A stretch of 13,280 bases of DNA from Azolla caroliniana. Taxonomy: Eukaryota; Plantae; Polypodiophyta. Shown piece after piece: positions 8,940-13,280 of the stretch (positions are counted from its first letter, which is position 1; every line of letters starts with the position of its first letter). The stretch lies in contig JBHGNT010000969.1 of assembly GCA_043228905.1 (NCBI GenBank), positions 1 to 13,280 of the forward strand, in the 5' to 3' direction. The translations under genes were made by a program, and so were the position numbers. Below the pieces are notes generated by a model. It worked only from the letters and a program-made list of their open reading frames with translations, was not told the DNA's origin and made no database searches.

Positions 8940-10099
8940 CTTTGTAAATGCATTGTTTCTTCCCGTCTAATATTTGCAAGAAGATCAATCAGAGTTGGAC
9001 AATTTATAGAGTTTTGGTGGGTTCTAAAAGTGGACAACGAGTAACAATCGGCAACGGTCCGGTTCGGTTCGGTTCGGTTTGAGAGGGTCCAAACCGAACC
9101 GGTTTGGAACCGAACCATTAAAAAATGTTGAAACCTGAACCGAACCGAACCGCGAAACCTTTAAACCAAACCATTAAACATTTTTCAAACCGTTAAACCA
9201 TTAAACCGTAAAAACCGCGGTTTCGTGGTTCGGTTTCGGTTTTCAACATAGGTCAAATTTATTTTATTTTATTTTTAAATTTATAATATTTCATTATTTA
9301 GAATTTTTAGAATTTTTAAGATGTTCCTAAAATGTGAGAATAAGAGTAAAAATGAAAAGATTGTTTAAAAACAATTTTTAAAATTTTTTAGAATTTTTTT
9401 CAAATTTTTAATTTTTTTTAAAAAAAAATTAAAAACCGTTTAAACCGCAGTTTTTGACTGCTGAAACCAAACCGAAACCGAACCGAACCGTTAAAAAAAA
9501 CCTAAACCTGAACCGAACCGAATCGAACCGATGAAACCGTTAAGCCGTTAAACCGCGGTTTTGCGGTTCGGTTCGGTTCAAACCGAACCGTTGTCGATTG
9601 TTAACCACGAGTGAGGAAGAGTGCCAAGAAGGAGAATCTTTTGTAATTTATCATGGATTTCTAATCCCAAAGTTAACACATCATCTAATTTCTTTTACCA
9701 TATTAATAGAAATTCACCAACTGGTTGTTCATCATTTATTTTGTAATTAACAAGCGCTTGAAGTGTATTCGCTTGTTGGGCCGCGTTTTTCGGCTCGTAG
9801 ATCATTTGTAAGTTGTTCCACATTTCATGAGCCGTCTCCATTTTTCGCAATGTTTCTCTGGTGCCATCACTTACGTGCATTAGAATTTCCATTCTTGCGC
9901 ATAGGTCTTTTTCCTCATACTCTTCAAGTTCTTCGCCTTTTTCAGGTTTTGTCGACGATCCTTAAATTATGTCCCATACTTTATTATATTTTAAAACTAT
10001 TTCTAATCTTGCCTTCCAAATTCCATAATTTGTGTCTGATAATTTCTTGATCGTGAATTTTCGCATGTTGAGTTGCAACGGCGACATAGATTGTGCCAT
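8940..10099 (-). pseudogene. Copia gag of element A, two in-frame stops, interrupted by a MITE
   Basis: MAQSMS..KLSDTNYGIWKARLEIVLKYNKVWDII*G..TAHEMWNNLQMIYE..ILLLGTLPHSW[MITE]STF..LIDLLANIRREE. Typical Copia gag (UBN2-like). The frame is restored when the MITE and one TSD are removed. Confidence 0.92.
9042..9603. mobile_element. hAT-type MITE copy 1 (562 bp)
   Basis: TIRs TAACAATCGGCAACGG / CCGTTGTCGATTGTTA, 8-bp TSD ACAACGAG (9034-9041) / ACCACGAG (9604-9611), dense AACCG/CGGTT subterminal repeats, AT-rich core. Confidence 0.93.
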
Positions 10100-10276
10100 T
10101 ATTGCAGAGGATTGTCCGGATCAGCGGACGACAAACACAAAATTGTCTTTCGTTACTTGACGATCTTAGGCATTATGAATATGATTAATTTTGTATGGGC
10201 ATGAAAGTTAAATTATGATAAGGGCATGTGTTTTGTGATTTAAGAAAGGCATAGACTATAAGGCTATTAGGTCGTT

Positions 10277-10290
10277 TGGCTCTGATACCA
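10277..10290 (-). other. Primer binding site (tRNA-iMet) of element A
   Basis: TGGTATCAGAGCCA directly after the LTR end CCTACA. Confidence 0.95.
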
Positions 10291-10512
10291 TGTAGGAAAA
10301 AGAAGAGAAAGAGAGATAGAAAGAAAAGAGAGAGAGAGAGAAGAAAAACAGTTATATTATTACGCCCTAACTATTAGATCATTGGTTGGTGGTGGTTTTA
10401 TAAGACCACCACCATACAGTTACGGTTTCCTTCTCAGGAAGGAAACCATATTCCTAAGACTAATAACTATTTATTTATAAATTTTTTATTATAATTATAA
10501 TTATTTTCCACA
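10291..10512 (-). repeat. 5' LTR of element A (222 bp)
   Basis: TGTGGAAAA...TTTTCCTACA termini, adjacent PBS, TSD at the outer edge. Confidence 0.85.
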
Positions 10513-10554
10513 GTTAGTTTCTTATGGAGATAGTTTCCTTCGTAAGAAGGAAAG

Positions 10555-11178
10555 TAACAATCGGCAACAGTTTGAACTGAACCGAACCGCAAAAAATGCG
10601 GCTTAACGGTTTCAACGGTTTGGTTAGGTTCGGCTTTAACAACTAGAAACCGCGGTTTAAACGGTTTTTTATTTTTTACTTGTTTTTAAAAAATTTAAAT
10701 AAACATTTGAAAATTTGTTTTTAAACAATCTTTTTATTTTTAGGCCTTATTCTCACATTTTAGGAACATCTTAAAATTTTTAAATAATGAAATATTATAA
10801 ATTTTAAAAAATTAAAAATTAAAAATTAAAATTTTGACCTATGTTAAAAACCAAAACCGAACTAGGAAATCGCGGTTTTTATGGTTAATGGTTTAACGGT
10901 TTGAAAAAAAATTACCAGTTCAGTTCGGTTTGCTTTAGGTAAAAAAAAATTAATGGTTCGGTTCCAAACCGGTTAGGTTTGGACACTCTCAAACCGAACT
11001 GAACCAGGAAACCGCGGTTTTTATGGTTAATGGTTTAACGGTTTGAAAAAAAATTACCAGTTCAGTTCGGTTTGCTTCAGGTAAAAAAAAAATTAATGGT
11101 TCGGTTCCAAACCGGTTCGGTTCCAAACCGGTTCGATTTGGACACTCTCAAACCGAACCGAACCGTTGCCGATTGTTA
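10555..11178. mobile_element. hAT-type MITE copy 2 (624 bp), inverted relative to copy 1
   Basis: TIRs TAACAATCGGCAAC / GTTGCCGATTGTTA, perfect 8-bp TSD AAGGAAAG (10547-10554, 11179-11186), internal ~142-bp tandem duplication. Confidence 0.95.
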
Positions 11179-11281
11179 AAGGAAAGCCTGGATGATCTTT
11201 GTAATAGACTAATAGTTACGGGCCAACACATTCATCATAATAAAACTTTTTGTTCTCTCCCTCTCTTTTTCTTTTCCTACA

Positions 11282-11294
11282 TGGTATCAAAGTC
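11282..11294 (+). other. Primer binding site (tRNA-iMet, degenerate) of element B
   Basis: CCTACA|TGGTATCAAAGTC. Confidence 0.85.
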
Positions 11295-11432
11295 AATAAC
11301 CTCTAACCTTATTATACTTCAACACTTTATGCCCCTACTAAAATGATAATACTCAGTGTAAAAATTTGACAAATAATGAAAGTCCAAGTTTGTGTTTCGC
11401 CAAGCACTGATCCGGACAGCCCTCTGCAATAT

Positions 11433-12361
11433 ATGGCACAATCCATGTCGTCATCCAAGACACAAAAAATTACGATTGAGAAATTGTTAGACAAAATTTA
11501 TCGAATATGGAAGGCAAGGTTAGAATTGCTCTTTAAGTATAATAAACTATGGGATACAAATTCACGATCATCAACAAAACTCAAAAAAGAAGAAGATCGT
11601 GATGAATGTGTATTAAAGAACCTATGTGGAAGAATGGAAATATTTATACATGTAAGTGATGGCACTAGCAAAACATTGGGGGAATTTGAGACAAACCAAG
11701 AAATGTGGACAGATCTACACACCCCAAAACGATGCCCAACAAGCCCATACACTTCAAGCACTCGTTAACTACAAAATGATGGATGAACAACCAGTTGGTG
11801 AATTTCTCATGCATTAACTTCTGGATTGGAAATTCATAGTAAATGACAAAAGATTTTCTTTCTTGGTGTTATTCCTCCCTTGTGATCAACACTTAGAACC
11901 ACTCAAAACTCTGCTAATTGATCTTCTTGCGAATATTAGACAGGAAGAAACCATGTATTCACAAAGAACTCCCAATTCAACTTCAAACATTGCAATGGTA
12001 GCATTAAAAAACAATAGGTTCAACCCAAGAGGAGAAAGCTCAAAGCCATGGATAAGGAAAGCTCTAAACACTAAACCAAGAGGAATGTAGTTTACCAATT
12101 CTTATTGTAAAATCGGTAAACACACTAATCATGCAACGAAAGATTGTCGTTCAAGTCAAATTTTTGGATTTACCAAACTTGGAGGCATGTACAAGCCCAT
12201 CTTATTGAAGAAGAATGGATAATGATGAAGACACAGGAGGTGGATATCATAATGGAGAAAATCAAAATGATGACAAGTATGATGATGTTCTTCAAGCATT
12301 CTTTGCCCAATCACTTTACGCTACTACTCCAAATCCAAGCAAAGTAAAAGACATATGTTAT
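11433..12361 (+). pseudogene. Copia gag of element B with degenerate zinc knuckle, ending at the start of protease
   Basis: MAQSMSS..YRIWKARLELLFKYNKLWD..MEIFIHVSDGT..LIDLLANIRQEE, then C-K-I-(G)-KHTN-H-ATKD-C at 12106-12147, an acidic linker and ..KDI(C)Y where Copia has W-Y-x-D-S/T-G. Contains frameshifts and stops. Confidence 0.9.
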
Positions 12362-12550
12362 TAGCAATGGGCACAGTTTCGACTCAAACCGAATCGAACT
12401 AATAAACGGTGGCTTAACGATTTATCGGTTCAAATATAATTAGATAGTTTGGTTTGGTTTAAAAAGTGTTAGTTCGGTTTTGAATTTGGCGGTTTATGGG
12501 TTTCGGTTAATGTGGTTTGGTTTATGGGTTTAAAGGTTCAAACATACCCG
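12362..12550. mobile_element. Left end of a third, more distant hAT-like element
   Basis: TAGCAATGGGCAC resembles the MITE TIR and is followed by AACCG/CGGTT/TGGTT repeats. No right TIR or second TATGTTAT TSD in the window. Confidence 0.65.
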
Positions 12551-12917
12551 TAAATTTTCAATCTAGTCTCTTAAGTTATGACTTTCAAAAGTTTCAATTT
12601 TAAAAATTAAACCCTTAGGATTTTTAGTAGCCATTGTCGAACAAAAAGGAAGGGCATTGTATTTTCTTAACTTCATCCCTCTTCCTAACGTTCTATTTTC
12701 TTCAGGAATGACACCTCCATACTCCACTCCACTATTCTACCTCAGCCTCCTCTTCTTGCTGCTACTATTATAACACAGGTATGAATCAAACACCCTCTCT
12801 CTTGCACACGGAACCTATGGCTATATAAGCTTAGATATGGAAAATAGACAGGAAGATTATGTAGTCTTTGATATACGTAGCATGTATATACATTCTAATT
12901 TCTTACAGACATTCATG

Positions 12918-13015
12918 TATATATACATATACATATACAGATACAGATACAGATACATATATATATACATATACATATATATATACATATACATATATAT
13001 ATATATACATATACA
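12918..13015. repeat. Compound microsatellite (TA)n/(CATATA)n/(CAGATA)n
   Basis: Directly visible. Accounts for the YI/YT/YV low-complexity ORFs. Confidence 0.95.
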
Positions 13016-13280
13016 TTTTCATATACATGTGCATATGCATAGGCATGGAAATTGGTTGGGATGCCTCCATTCTATGGAAAAACAGAGTAATAATTACCAA
13101 TCGCCCCGCCACTCCCTCTAGCGTATAAAATGCTTCCTTATCGATATAAAGATGTTCACTTGTCGATGCCCCTCCACCTTCGGCACATCTTATCGACCGG
13201 AACACGTCCATTGCCCGTTCTCGTCCATCCTTGCGTATAAAATGGTCCCTCCTTACTCAGAAGATGTTTATTATAGATGC

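Larger units (their letters stand above)
8736..10512 (-). mobile_element. Copia element A, internally deleted (LTR-PBS-partial gag-truncated LTR)
   Basis: Two LTR copies, Met-i PBS, gag. Flanked by GTTGG (8731-8735) and GTTAG (10513-10517), a 5-bp TSD with one mismatch. Confidence 0.85.
8701..12361 (+). mobile_element. Copia element B (decayed): 5' LTR split into ~8701-8735, 10518-10554 and 11187-11281, followed by PBS and gag
   Basis: The rejoined pieces are homologous to the LTR of element A (TTTGGAAAA.. ~ TGTGGAAAA..; TTTCCTTC-N4-GAAGGAAA; CTAATAGTTA; TTTTCCTACA), followed by a PBS and gag. The left boundary is the least certain part. Confidence 0.7.

Noticed and set aside
8736-11960. Single fold-back (inverted segmental) duplication explaining the symmetry
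   Set aside because: The gag copies are substantially diverged, and the MITEs sit at non-equivalent sites with different TSDs
12837-13211. YI/YT/YV-repeat ORFs
   Set aside because: Translation of the TA microsatellite
13204-13217. GTCCATTGCC as right TIR of the element starting at 12362
   Set aside because: Mismatched, with no subterminal repeats and no TATGTTAT TSD after it

Overview
Eukaryotic, land-plant-like (probably bryophyte; inference) transposon-rich window. From left to right: (1) the decayed 3' end of a Ty1/Copia LTR retrotransposon (RT/RNase H, an unusual ~600 bp charged extension, PPT, 3' LTR); (2) a decayed Ty3/Gypsy RT-RNase H fragment; (3) a probable minus-strand solo LTR containing a tRNA-like A/B-box module; (4) two intact, highly diverged minus-strand paralogues of a small 3-TM/coiled-coil plant protein of unknown function (4359..5030 and 7778..8398), plus a relic of a third C-terminus; (5) a multi-layer nest just upstream of the second paralogue. 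In the nest, an internally deleted Copia element (A, minus strand, 8736-10512) sits antisense inside the 5' LTR of a related Copia (B, plus strand). Both were hit by copies of one hAT-type MITE with 8-bp TSDs, and B is cut at its protease motif by a third hAT-like end. A compound TA microsatellite lies near the right end. No CRISPR array, rRNA or intact tRNA. All alignments were done by eye.
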